Source: a virus
Virus record (IMG/VR): IMGVR_UViG_3300046787_000327
Location: 48,952-112,951 of that record
Direction: 5' to 3' (one strand)
DNA length: 64,000 bases
The notes below the pieces were generated by a model, which was not told the DNA's origin, did not search any database, and worked only from the letters and a program-made list of their open reading frames with translations. Position 1 is the first letter of the stretch. The number at the start of each line of letters is the position of its first letter. The position numbers were made by a program, and so were the translations under genes. Of this stretch, positions 47,418-56,038 are shown in pieces.

Positions 47418-47489
47418 CGTCCCCGATAGGATTCGAACCTATGACCTACACCTTAGAAGGGTGTCACTCTTCCGCTGAGTTACGGAGAC
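47418..47489 (-). tRNA. tRNA-Arg(TCT)
   Basis: ACACC-CTTCTAA-GGTGT. Confidence 0.93.
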
Positions 47490-47493
47490 TTAG

Positions 47494-47567
47494 TACAACA
47501 GGTAGGACTCGAACCTACGATAACCGAATTATGAGTTCGGGGCCTTAACCGACTTGGCTACTGTTGC
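47494..47567 (-). tRNA. tRNA with CAT anticodon (Ile2 or elongator Met)
   Basis: CCGAA-CTCATAA-TTCGG; lacks initiator features. Confidence 0.88.
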
Positions 47568-47580
47568 TTATTTAGTTTTG

Positions 47581-47651
47581 CTTCTCCCCTAGGACTCGAA
47601 CCTAGATTGCTGGTGCCAAAAACCAGAGTCCTGCCATTGGACGAAGGAGAA
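47581..47651 (-). tRNA. tRNA-Gln(TTG)
   Basis: CTGGT-TTTTGGC-ACCAG; U1:A72, G73. Confidence 0.9.
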
Positions 47652-47655
47652 TTAG

Positions 47656-47729
47656 TGCTTCTCACAGGACTTGAACCTGTAACACCCAGATCCTAAATCT
47701 GGTGCCTCTACCAATTGGGCTAGAGAAGC
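47656..47729 (-). tRNA. tRNA-Leu(TAG), short variable loop
   Basis: CCAGA-TTTAGGA-TCTGG; 5-nt variable region. Confidence 0.88.
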
Positions 47730-47743
47730 AATGTGAGCAGAAT

Positions 47744-47900
47744 GTGACTAGCATCCTCTCACTGACTCTACACTAGATATCCTACGAGTAGTAGCAACCA
47801 CGGACACACTCGTTCCTGCGGTAAGGTTAGTACCGTTGCTAGATTTCGGTCCAGTCCCTACATATCTTATTCACGATTGATATAACCGAGTGTTAGTCAC
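47744..47900. ncRNA. Candidate ~160-nt structured RNA inside the tRNA array
   Basis: Terminal stem GTGACTAGCA/TGTTAGTCAC; inner stems AGATAT/ATATCT, TAGCAAC/GTTGCTA, ACGAGT/ACTCGT. Confidence 0.55.
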
Positions 47901-47907
47901 TACACTG

Positions 47908-47978
47908 CAGAGTCTCTAGGAGTCGAACCTAGGCTTACCGCTTTGGAGACGGTAGTGCTTCCGTAACACTTAGACCCT
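47908..47978 (-). tRNA. tRNA-Trp(CCA)
   Basis: ACCGT-CTCCAAA-GCGGT. Confidence 0.9.
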
Positions 47979-47979
47979 A

Positions 47980-48053
47980 TGGAGCGAGTGACCAGACTCG
48001 AACTGGCACCTCCAACTTGGAAGGATGGCGTACTGCCCTTATACTACACTCGC
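47980..48053 (-). tRNA. tRNA-Gly(TCC), CCA encoded
   Basis: CCATC-CTTCCAA-GTTGG; GCG start, U73. Confidence 0.92.
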
Positions 48054-48076
48054 AATTACTCTATTTAATTATACTG

Positions 48077-48149
48077 TACCCGAAGTGAGATTCGAACTCA
48101 CGCTTGGTAAATTTTAAGTCTACTGCCTCTACCGCTGGGCTATTCGGGC
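48077..48149 (-). tRNA. tRNA-Leu(TAA), short variable loop
   Basis: GTAGA-CTTAAAA-TTTAC; 5-nt variable region. Confidence 0.88.
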
Positions 48150-48154
48150 AAACC

Positions 48155-48310
48155 TTAGTTTGCTAATAAGCCAATTAGTAAACCAATAGTAAACATTGAT
48201 AAACCAATCACCCAGTGATACCTACGCATCAGATAATCTCTAACAATCTTATCTTGCATAGACTCTGGAACTTCTACATACTTGTCACGACCATATTCAA
48301 TTTCATACAT
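48155..48310 (-). CDS. Small membrane protein (not in ORF track)
   Basis: 51 aa MYEIEYGRDK...; AGGAGG SD; C-terminal TM. Confidence 0.6.
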   Translation of the reverse strand: MYEIEYGRDKYVEVPESMQDKIVRDYLMRRYHWVIGLSMFTIGLLIGLLAN

Positions 48311-48605
48311 CAGTTTTGTCCTCCTGATCAACACCGTAAGTCATAGTAAAGTAACACACAAAGAACCCTGCAGCAAATGCGGGGATAATAAATAATGCAT
48401 CAATCATATATTAAGTATACCTTATAGAACTAGTCTTGTAAAGTTGGAACTGAAGCATCTGGCATTGTTTCTCCACATGGACAGATAATTGAATCAGGAA
48501 GGTCATGGACCTCTGTCTCAATAGTAATAGATGTCTTGCACTCTGGGCACTTATAAGTAATGTTTGTCATGTACTAATCATAGCAGACTATGGTATGATT
48601 GTCAA

Positions 48606-48770
48606 ATGGAATGCACACACGATAATAAGAAGCCCTATGTTTACGGGTACATGAGCAGTGACTTTATTAAGAATAACTGGGATCCTAGTGAGTACTACGG
48701 TGGTTATCGTAAGACTGCTGAGATGCCAGAGTCTTTTTGTCCAGACTGTCTAGAAGATTTATACGAATAG
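48606..48770 (+). CDS. Small Cys protein, counter-oriented, leaderless
   Basis: TGGTATGAT before ATG; YVYGY...YYGG...FCPDC. Confidence 0.55.
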   Translation: MECTHDNKKPYVYGYMSSDFIKNNWDPSEYYGGYRKTAEMPESFCPDCLEDLYE

Positions 48771-49040
48771 GCTCTAGGCCATCATTAATAATCTTATTCC
48801 TAATCTTTTGCTGCTTACGCTCAAATTTAGATAAGACTGGTTTAGATTGTTTACGTTTAAGGTTTTTATTGTGACGCTTTTGGCTCACGAAACACCATAA
48901 TTTTTTAGATGTTTAGGGCACACGCCAGCAATGATAAACTTATTATCCATCGCAGCGAGGTCGTTAAACTCAGCCTTATTGTTGCAATAATGGCATAGTT
49001 CTATAGTTGTTGTAGTCATCATTTTATTATATCATATCCG

Positions 49041-49295
49041 CTACATGTCTACTTTATAGACAGTTCCCCACCTAAAATATGGACGGTATAGGATGTTTGA
49101 TGTGATCGCATAAAACTTAAATACAATACCATGGTCATCATGGTCATCGTAATACATAGCCATCTCTAGACTATATGCAGCAGGAACCTCACAGAGGTTA
49201 GCAAACCATCTAAGAGGAAGGATTCTCGTCCTGTGTTGCTTGGTAAACTTCCATTGGTACCCATCGTAATCTTCCATCTTTATACTCTCTCTCAT
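49041..49295 (-). CDS. Hypothetical protein
   Basis: 84 aa ORF in the minus-strand run. Confidence 0.55.
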   Translation of the reverse strand: MRESIKMEDYDGYQWKFTKQHRTRILPLRWFANLCEVPAAYSLEMAMYYDDHDDHGIVFKFYAITSNILYRPYFRWGTVYKVDM

Positions 49296-49512
49296 ATCCT
49301 AATGACTTCCAGTCCATACGCATAATCTTAGGCTCTTTCATCGATTACTTCCAATTGCAATCCAGATTATCCACACTACAGTGGATGCCCCTGCCAAAAA
49401 TCCTAATGTAAAGTTAATCATTTCTTTGTGCACCATATCCTATAATCACTCATGGTTTGATGAGTGTCCCAGTATTCAATATCTTCTTTATCCATACCGC
49501 ATGTACTACAAA

Positions 49513-49779
49513 TCATTTACGCACCTTTGGTTTTGGCATTCGCTCCTTGATCAATTCTATCACAGAGTCAACACCTTCTGCAAATGATAGGGCATCATCT
49601 TTAGCCCAGGAAATATTGCCATCCTCACTAAGTGAGCCACCACGATAAACTATATAATCACGCTTAGTCTGCTCAAAAAGTTCAATGAGTTGTTTTCTTT
49701 CAAATGCAATGGCCTTGCTACAGCCACTACACGGACATGCCCATTCTCCTCTGGCAGGCGTTTGATTTGGATCAGCCAT
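49513..49779 (-). CDS. Hypothetical protein (CPCSGC)
   Basis: Coupled ORF. Confidence 0.6.
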   Translation of the reverse strand: MADPNQTPARGEWACPCSGCSKAIAFERKQLIELFEQTKRDYIVYRGGSLSEDGNISWAKDDALSFAEGVDSVIELIKERMPKPKVRK

Positions 49780-49982
49780 TAGTTATCTCTCGCAATTCTT
49801 TCTGCGTAATCCTTGACATAAATAAACATCTTATTGGCGTCTTCAAGTTGATCAAAATTCGACGGTAAAGCCATTAAAGCAATCTCATCTCCAATAGACT
49901 TACGAATCTTAGCAACTATCTTATGTGTACCATTACACATACCTTCTGCATCTGTAGTGAACATGCATGAACATTTACCCAT
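49779..49982 (-). CDS. CDGSH-like Fe-S/Zn-finger protein
   Basis: CSCMFTTDAEGMCNGTH resembles CxCx2(S/T)x3PxCDG(S/T)H. Confidence 0.6.
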   Translation of the reverse strand: MGKCSCMFTTDAEGMCNGTHKIVAKIRKSIGDEIALMALPSNFDQLEDANKMFIYVKDYAERIARDN

Positions 49983-50356
49983 TAAATTACCTCCTGTATA
50001 ATATTAAGAATAGCATCAGTCTTCTCTTTAGTCAAACCCTTTAGTTCATAACTAGGAAATCCAACTTTATCATTTTCATCCCAGTACTGTGTGCTATTTA
50101 AATATTCAACAGCATCTTCAAGTTCCCTCTTTATCTTATCACGCAAAAGAGTAAGTGCCATTTCTTCTGTAGCACATTTAGGGCTAGTCCAATGGCTAAT
50201 AATGTACCCATGGTGATATGCAACATAGTATGGCTCTTCTCCGTAAGACCAGATTTTATGAATATACCAGTGGCAATCACGGTCTTTGTGATGATCCTTG
50301 TTTACATATTCATACCACACATCAGTTAGTTTAGTTACTTCTTCTTCAAGGGTCAT
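49982..50356 (-). CDS. Hypothetical protein (DHHKDRDCHWYI motif)
   Basis: Coupled ORF. Confidence 0.65.
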   Translation of the reverse strand: MTLEEEVTKLTDVWYEYVNKDHHKDRDCHWYIHKIWSYGEEPYYVAYHHGYIISHWTSPKCATEEMALTLLRDKIKRELEDAVEYLNSTQYWDENDKVGFPSYELKGLTKEKTDAILNIIQEVI

Positions 50357-50357
50357 T

Positions 50358-50726
50358 TTAACCCTTTCTCAATTCCGCTTTTAGTTCTCGCTTAATAGTT
50401 TTCCATTCATGGTCATGATGATACCAACGATTAGCATCTTCTTTAATAGCATAGGCTTCTACTTCTTCTGCAGTCCCCCAGAAAATATCTTTAACAATTG
50501 ATTCCTTTAGTATATCAACTTCTTCTTGGTTATCGCAACTTTGCAGGGCATCGCAATAAGAACATGATCCGTATCCAACTACAGTAAACCCAAACTTATT
50601 ACCATTTTTTAGCAGGTATACATAATCACCCTGCCAATCACCAATGTTCCAATCTTTAACAATAGTTCCAGCAGACGCAACTAGAGAGTCATACGAATCT
50701 TCTGGTAAAAACCATTCATCTTCCAT
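50358..50726 (-). CDS. Hypothetical protein (GYGSCSYCD motif)
   Basis: Coupled ORF. Confidence 0.65.
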   Translation of the reverse strand: MEDEWFLPEDSYDSLVASAGTIVKDWNIGDWQGDYVYLLKNGNKFGFTVVGYGSCSYCDALQSCDNQEEVDILKESIVKDIFWGTAEEVEAYAIKEDANRWYHHDHEWKTIKRELKAELRKG

Positions 50727-50881
50727 TATTTACCCCTCGCAATACGAACACAATTTTCAACTATTGGATTATCTTTATACTTCTGTGCCCATTCAAGGAT
50801 ATCCTGAGCAATCTTCTCACGAAGTTCCTGCTCATCATCCTTATATTTATAGCCAATAATATCTCTTCTATCTTTACTCAT
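50726..50881 (-). CDS. Small hypothetical protein (REKIAQDI family)
   Basis: Start at 50881 after GGGGAG. Confidence 0.55.
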   Translation of the reverse strand: MSKDRRDIIGYKYKDDEQELREKIAQDILEWAQKYKDNPIVENCVRIARGK

Positions 50882-51122
50882 TTTCTCCCCTAGTGATAGA
50901 GATTGCTCTATGCTTTGCAATAAAATCAAGAGGTGCAGTAATCTCTCGTCCACATATGCACCCAGTAGGTGTCATAATGTATCTTGAATCTGCCTCAATC
51001 TCCTGAGCAATTGTTTGGCGGGTATATGCAATAATCTTATCTACTTGATCATGCCAATCTTCTGCTCTTAAAGGCCAATCCTTTGGCGGTAAATATAGTA
51101 CTGATAATTCATACTCTTGCAT
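50874..51122 (-). CDS. Small hypothetical protein (RQTIAQEI family)
   Basis: GGAGG SD. Confidence 0.55.
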   Translation of the reverse strand: MQEYELSVLYLPPKDWPLRAEDWHDQVDKIIAYTRQTIAQEIEADSRYIMTPTGCICGREITAPLDFIAKHRAISITRGENE

Positions 51123-51291
51123 TACTTCCCCTCCAATACCCAGTTAATTGATTTAATGGTTTTATATATATAATACTTATCATCATCTAGTTGATATGAT
51201 TTACCTAGAGATTCTAATTCTTTCCATGACATTCCCGCTTTTTTAAGCAGGTTGTCACGGCTTGTGATTAGTTCTTCTTGAGTTTTAATGA

Positions 51292-51477
51292 TCATCCTAA
51301 GTCTACCTCAATGATTTGTCCAGTACCCTGCTTTGATACCTTCTTATGCCTACGCTTCATTGCTCTGGTTGCACCACTCTTAGTATGTGCATACCCAGAG
51401 TACCTCATGCTGTTATATTTAAATTCCCACCACCAGCCTCTGGCAATTTCTGGGTACTGTTTAATAGTTCCAATCAT
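51292..51477 (-). CDS. Hypothetical protein
   Basis: Coupled ORF. Confidence 0.5.
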   Translation of the reverse strand: MIGTIKQYPEIARGWWWEFKYNSMRYSGYAHTKSGATRAMKRRHKKVSKQGTGQIIEVDLG

Positions 51478-51677
51478 GACAACTCTTTCTCAATAGCCTC
51501 AATAATTAACTGGAATGCAGTTTGTAGTCCTTGATTAAATTCTTCATTGACATAGTTTCCGTCTTTGTATGTCGCAGCCAACTCCACTACTGCACGAAGG
51601 GCTAACTGCCAACCAGTATCGTATTTATCTGATGGACTTATTTCATTTATCTTTTCCAGCAATTCATCGTGGGTCAT
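51474..51677 (-). CDS. Hypothetical protein (THDELL...AVVEL...AIEKEL family)
   Basis: Paralogous to its neighbour. Confidence 0.65.
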   Translation of the reverse strand: MTHDELLEKINEISPSDKYDTGWQLALRAVVELAATYKDGNYVNEEFNQGLQTAFQLIIEAIEKELS

Positions 51678-51970
51678 CTCAACTCCTTCTCAATAGCCCT
51701 AATGGTGGGACAGGGGTATTCGTGATAAATAGCATCTTGACATTCCCAACAAGCACCATCTACATTTCTGTGCAATTCCACTACTGCAAGAAGAGCAAAT
51801 GAATGTTTTAATAGGTCATACCCTTTAGCAGTAACCTTTACACCGTCTTGTCCTTTATTAACTTCGCAGTCTAATTGACCTATTCTTTCTAGCAATTCAT
51901 CGTGAGACAAACGCTGCAATAACTCAGAATCTTCTTCTCTAATAACTTCTATTGCTTCATCCCGTGTCAT
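51674..51970 (-). CDS. Hypothetical protein (HDELL...AVVELH...C..C...YPCPT..AIEKEL)
   Basis: AGGAGG SD before 51970. Confidence 0.65.
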   Translation of the reverse strand: MTRDEAIEVIREEDSELLQRLSHDELLERIGQLDCEVNKGQDGVKVTAKGYDLLKHSFALLAVVELHRNVDGACWECQDAIYHEYPCPTIRAIEKELR

Positions 51971-52176
51971 TAGTATCCTCCTAAGCACTCATTGCGAGTG
52001 TGTGATAATCTTGTTCGTGTGTAGTCCTTTTTGTTCGGGGCATAGAATTCTTCACCGCAAGCAAAACATGCACCAGTCCACTCACCAGCAAAGAAGTCAT
52101 AACGCATACCCTTGAAGTTGGCATACTTACGCTCTACAAAGGCTTCAAATGGGTCAGGAATCTCAAAGGTAATCAT
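51970..52176 (-). CDS. Small zinc-binding protein
   Basis: CFAC...H...C. Confidence 0.55.
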   Translation of the reverse strand: MITFEIPDPFEAFVERKYANFKGMRYDFFAGEWTGACFACGEEFYAPNKKDYTRTRLSHTRNECLGGY

Positions 52177-52583
52177 TTCTGAGGTGGCACACAGTCTAGA
52201 CAGAATGCTGCACCTGCACTTGCAACCTTAGCAGTAACAGGATCAACATAGAAAGTTGAAGCATCGTCAATGTGGCGACGGCATACAAAGCACTTGCGTG
52301 TCATTAGTTCCCATTCCACTTATAAGCAATATAGTTAAACATGTTAAGAGTTCCAACAAGAAACCAGAATGCAACCTTGTACATATTGAAGTCAGTTTCT
52401 GTAAGGGCATAGACAAGCAAGCCCAACGCAAAGAAGGCGAAAAATAGGTTCATACGGCCAATAAATTTATCTAAAGTAGTCATATACTAAGTATACCCTT
52501 CGGCGCAAAATAAGTCAAGTCTTTAAAGTTCGGCGACATAGAGGATCTGTAAACCATCCTATGCACCACAGGTGCACTAGCGG

Positions 52584-52769
52584 TTAGTATGGCCCCTCCA
52601 TAAACCAAACTAAATAAGCAATTACTTCCTCTGATCGTCCTGCCTTAATCATCTCATCTGGAGACATCCCAAAAGAATGGTTGTGTCCGTATAGCCATTG
52701 TCTGATATTTATAGGGTCTGTAAAGATAGCCCCTAGTAGTTCATTAATAATCTGGGTATTAGTCATCAT
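52584..52769 (-). CDS. Stand-alone Xre/MbcA/ParS antitoxin C-terminal domain (DUF2384-like)
   Basis: RQWLYGHNHSFGMSPDEMIKAGRSEEVIAYL matches the WL..PN..L...P..L...G..EV..L pattern. Confidence 0.6.
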   Translation of the reverse strand: MMTNTQIINELLGAIFTDPINIRQWLYGHNHSFGMSPDEMIKAGRSEEVIAYLVWFMEGPY

Positions 52770-52844
52770 CGCTGCTCTCCCATATCTGTCCACATTTAGT
52801 ACAGGTAATACCTGCTTCTCGCATATAGTAAGTATGGCTGCATG

Positions 52845-53135
52845 TCATCTAGGAAATTCCTGTCTAATCTTCTGCTTCTTCTCAGCATGAGATAGTTGCA
52901 TGGCTTCTTTGAGGTTTTTAGGTTTCTTCCTGTTGCCATCATCATCACTTCTAATCTTAAGAGAATAGATCTGGGACTTAAACTCTGGGAATTTCTTTGC
53001 CAGTTTCTTAAGTAGTTTGTTATACTCTTCTGTCTCAAGCCTATTCTTGTGGTCTTCTAACTTTTGCAGGATTTCGATAGCCTCCTGGTTTAAGATAGAG
53101 TTAGCGTCAGTTGCAGATACTTTCCAAACAGTCAT
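52845..53135 (-). CDS. Hypothetical protein
   Basis: Probable leaderless start at 53135. Confidence 0.5.
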   Translation of the reverse strand: MTVWKVSATDANSILNQEAIEILQKLEDHKNRLETEEYNKLLKKLAKKFPEFKSQIYSLKIRSDDDGNRKKPKNLKEAMQLSHAEKKQKIRQEFPR

Positions 53136-53189
53136 GATATAAGTATCCCATAAAGGGCACGGTATGTCAACTACTGCTATAATATTCAA

Positions 53190-53891
53190 ATGAACTTAGT
53201 ATACATTTGTCGTGAGGGCGAAAATGAAGAACTTAGATACTCACTCAGATCAGTATGCAAAAATATCGAAAATCCCAGGGTATGGGTAGTAGGCGGTAAG
53301 CCAGACTGGTATACAGGTAATCACCTAAAGGTAAAGCAATCCCAGACTAAGTACCAGAATGTAGTAAATAACCTAGATGCTATTGTCCGTAGCCCAGAAA
53401 TCCCTAATGACTTCGTAATAATGAATGATGATTTCTTTATCATAAAGCCTATAGATAAGGTTGAGGCTTATCATGGAGGACTGTTGCAGGATAAGATAGA
53501 AGTCTTTACTCACAACCTTGGCTCATCATTTTACATTAAACTATTAAAGAACACACATAACAGGCTAGTACATATGGGCTTTGAGAACCCACTGGATTAC
53601 TCTATCCATGTGCCTATGGAGTTTAATAAAGAAAAGTTATCCACAGTGATCAAGCCCAGGATGTCCTATCGTACCCTATATGGCAATATTTATGGGGTAG
53701 AGGGGACTCAAATCACTGATGTTAAAAAGCATAGAGGACAGACCATGGCCTGGGCTAACACAGATATCCAAGACCTACCATACTTATCCACAAGCGATGC
53801 TTCATTCGTGGATGTACATAAGTCTATCCTTAAAGACATGTTCCCAGAGCCATGTAAGTTTGAGAAAAAATCCAGGGTAAATCGTGGATGA
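53190..53891 (+). CDS. Stealth-family-like phosphotransferase / glycosyltransferase
   Basis: ENEELRYSLRSV...P.W...FVIMNDDFF...HVP resembles Stealth CR2/CR3; TGCTATAAT leaderless promoter. Confidence 0.65.
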   Translation: MNLVYICREGENEELRYSLRSVCKNIENPRVWVVGGKPDWYTGNHLKVKQSQTKYQNVVNNLDAIVRSPEIPNDFVIMNDDFFIIKPIDKVEAYHGGLLQDKIEVFTHNLGSSFYIKLLKNTHNRLVHMGFENPLDYSIHVPMEFNKEKLSTVIKPRMSYRTLYGNIYGVEGTQITDVKKHRGQTMAWANTDIQDLPYLSTSDASFVDVHKSILKDMFPEPCKFEKKSRVNRG

Positions 53892-54204
53892 AGCCATACT
53901 CTATATACTCTATAGCCCTATACATAAGGCAGTCAAGATAGGCATATCAGATATATCAGGTAAGAGGTTTAAAGCCCATAGGACCAAAGGATGGGTATTG
54001 GTTTCATATTGGCATTTTTTCGAACGGGATAAGGCAAGAGCCGTAGAATCTATAGTACTAAATACACTAAGAGAAAGATACGGACATTATCTAGATAAGG
54101 CTGATATGCCACAAGGTGGGTTTACAGAGACATTTGATGCAAATAAGGTTACTAGACGGATGTTGATCAGAATGGTCAATAAGGCGATTAAAGTTAGCCA
54201 ATAA
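53884..54204 (+). CDS. GIY-YIG-like (T5orf172-type) protein
   Basis: LYILY...VKIGIS...R...E...GFTETF. Confidence 0.6.
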   Translation: MDEAILYILYSPIHKAVKIGISDISGKRFKAHRTKGWVLVSYWHFFERDKARAVESIVLNTLRERYGHYLDKADMPQGGFTETFDANKVTRRMLIRMVNKAIKVSQ

Positions 54205-54433
54205 CTATATCTGATTTACCCTTGCATTTTGGACATTGAGCAGTTGGGTTAGGAGTTCCATAGGCTATTTCAAACATATATCCACAATCAAAACAGAGTA
54301 CTTTAGGCATGACTTAAGTATAGCATAAGGTGTTGTAATACCTTAATTTGGATCATCTTAAGGTGTTATAGACACTTAAAGTAAATGGCGTTTTACTTTA
54401 AAATAGAGAAATGTTTTAAAGTTTCTTACATAG

Positions 54434-54487
54434 TTATCCACAGGTTTGATACCCCTAAAATGTTAGTTATCCACAGGTTTATCCACA
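54434..54487 (+). promoter_or_regulatory. Three perfect DnaA boxes (TTATCCACA) in a large intergenic region; candidate origin
   Basis: Boxes at 54434, 54467, 54479; very AT-rich tract at ~54745-54830. Confidence 0.7.
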
Positions 54488-54904
54488 GATAAATATTACT
54501 GATTAGATTGTTTGTCATTCTAGAAGTGGAGTGAAGTGGAGGATAGTGGTTTATAGAACATTTTCATTGAAGGGATCGTAATCCTAACGGGCCAAACCCC
54601 CTATCCCCAAACCTTTTATCCCCCTTATACCACATATCCCCAAACATGTCAAACCCTATATCTCATATGCATGATAGCACCAAACCATCTGTTTGTCAAG
54701 TATTGTTTGTACCAAACACCTATGACAAATTTGATCAAATATCGACAATTTGTTTTATAATTAATTATTAATTAAATAAATTAAAAAGAAATAAATAAAA
54801 AACAAATTGTTTTTAATTGTTTTATATATAGGGTTTGTATATAGTACTATAGGGATTTGGTATCAGATGTTGTTTGATATCCCCTGGCAGAAACGGCCTG
54901 GTAC

Positions 54905-55293
54905 GGGGAAGAGAAAAGGCCCTTCGTAATGTCGTGCAGTATACCATCTACCACTGACAAGCCAGGTACGGGGAAAAGAATTAGTCCTTCGTAATCTTAT
55001 TTTCGATTTGATCCTGCCACGTTTTTGGGCGGGGAGGGAAGAAAGCCTTGAATGTTACTATACTATAGAGCATACCACATATAGCACCTACAGCCTTATC
55101 AAACTCTATAGAGTCATGAGGAGTATCGTGTCTATGGGATGTATTCTTATACATCTGTGCGAAATGGTCTCTACTCATACCCTGATTATAGCATCCAAAC
55201 ATTATATTTGACAAACCTTGTTTGGTATGGTATGGGGAAAAGAATTTGATCTTCGTAATCTAAATCTGGGGAAAATATACTTGACTTCGTAAT
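54905..55293. repeat. Four bipartite repeats GGGGAA-N11-CTTCGTAAT
   Basis: Copies at 54905, 54970, 55234, 55268; variant (N10) at 58708. Confidence 0.8.
54981..55178 (-). CDS. Small hypothetical protein, leaderless
   Basis: TGCTATAAT 6 nt before ATG. Confidence 0.5.
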   Translation of the reverse strand: MSRDHFAQMYKNTSHRHDTPHDSIEFDKAVGAICGMLYSIVTFKAFFPPRPKTWQDQIENKITKD

Positions 55294-55400
55294 GTTTGTT
55301 TGGTAAAATGCAAATTGGGTGGTTTGTCCGATATGTCCGATTTGACGTCCAGGACGTCCCCACCCCCAGGCTTTTGTCAAGCCCAGGGGATCAGGGAGAA

Positions 55401-55709
55401 CTAGTCTTCTTCTGCTTCTTTCTTAGCCTGCTTCTTATTGTAAGCAAACACCAAGATACTTCCTAGATTAATCTCATCAAGGACTTCGAAATCTGATTCC
55501 TCAACCTCTAGTAACTCTAGTAACATCTTGTATGTTTCGTTAATCATTTCTTCGCCTAGTGGGGTTACTTCTTTAACAATCCCCTCGGCAATCATGTAGG
55601 CAAGTGGGCAACCCAAATCATTGTATTCCATAAACGCTGAGAAATCCTCATCATTACGGAACTCAATCCATAGTTGTCCTACTACGCCTGCCTTATCTGC
55701 AAACTCCAT
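55401..55709 (-). CDS. Hypothetical protein
   Basis: GGGAG SD; FMEYNDLGCPLAY motif. Confidence 0.65.
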   Translation of the reverse strand: MEFADKAGVVGQLWIEFRNDEDFSAFMEYNDLGCPLAYMIAEGIVKEVTPLGEEMINETYKMLLELLEVEESDFEVLDEINLGSILVFAYNKKQAKKEAEED

Positions 55710-55711
55710 AT

Positions 55712-55933
55712 TTATCTCCCTTTGGTTTCTTCCATAAGTTTATCATACTCTTCTTGTGCAGTCAAGGCTAAAACATCAAACCTCTTAAACACGATTACTG
55801 GTAGATTTCTTACCAAGTAATATCCTACTCGCTCTAAGTCAATCGAAAAATCTTCCGTAAGGAGTTTCGCTAACTGTTCTGCTTTTCTTGATTCTTTAGT
55901 ATGTACTGGAGTTGCTCTTATACTTCTAGCCAT
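55712..55933 (-). CDS. Hypothetical protein
   Basis: AAGGAG SD. Confidence 0.65.
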   Translation of the reverse strand: MARSIRATPVHTKESRKAEQLAKLLTEDFSIDLERVGYYLVRNLPVIVFKRFDVLALTAQEEYDKLMEETKGR

Positions 55934-56038
55934 GATACTCCCTTCCTGTTAATTGTACCGCAAAAGTTAGGGGGAGGCAAACCCCATGCTTACCTCCCCA
56001 CTGCCACCGTAGACCCCTCTGTGGTGGCTTATGGCCTG

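Noticed and set aside
47730-47907. Theta/HDV-like or hammerhead ribozyme, or tmRNA
   Set aside because: I could not fit the HDV P1-P4 order or a CUGANGA/GAAA core by eye, and it is too short for tmRNA; kept only as an unassigned structured RNA.
47059-48149. Suppressor tRNA or stop-codon reassignment
   Set aside because: No CTA, TTA or TCA anticodon among the 12 tRNAs (TAG and TAA anticodons read Leu), and genes are intact in code 11.
50800-51012. Extra CTGAGCA matches as further pseudoknot copies
   Set aside because: They are antisense to IAQ(D/E) codons and lack stem 1 and the 3' pairing segment.
52497-52540. TTCGGCG doublet upstream of a promoter
   Set aside because: Only two short copies at one locus; too little to support a claim.
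54905-55293. Mini CRISPR array
   Set aside because: The conserved blocks are 6 and 9 nt with 11-nt gaps and irregular periodicity, unlike CRISPR repeats.
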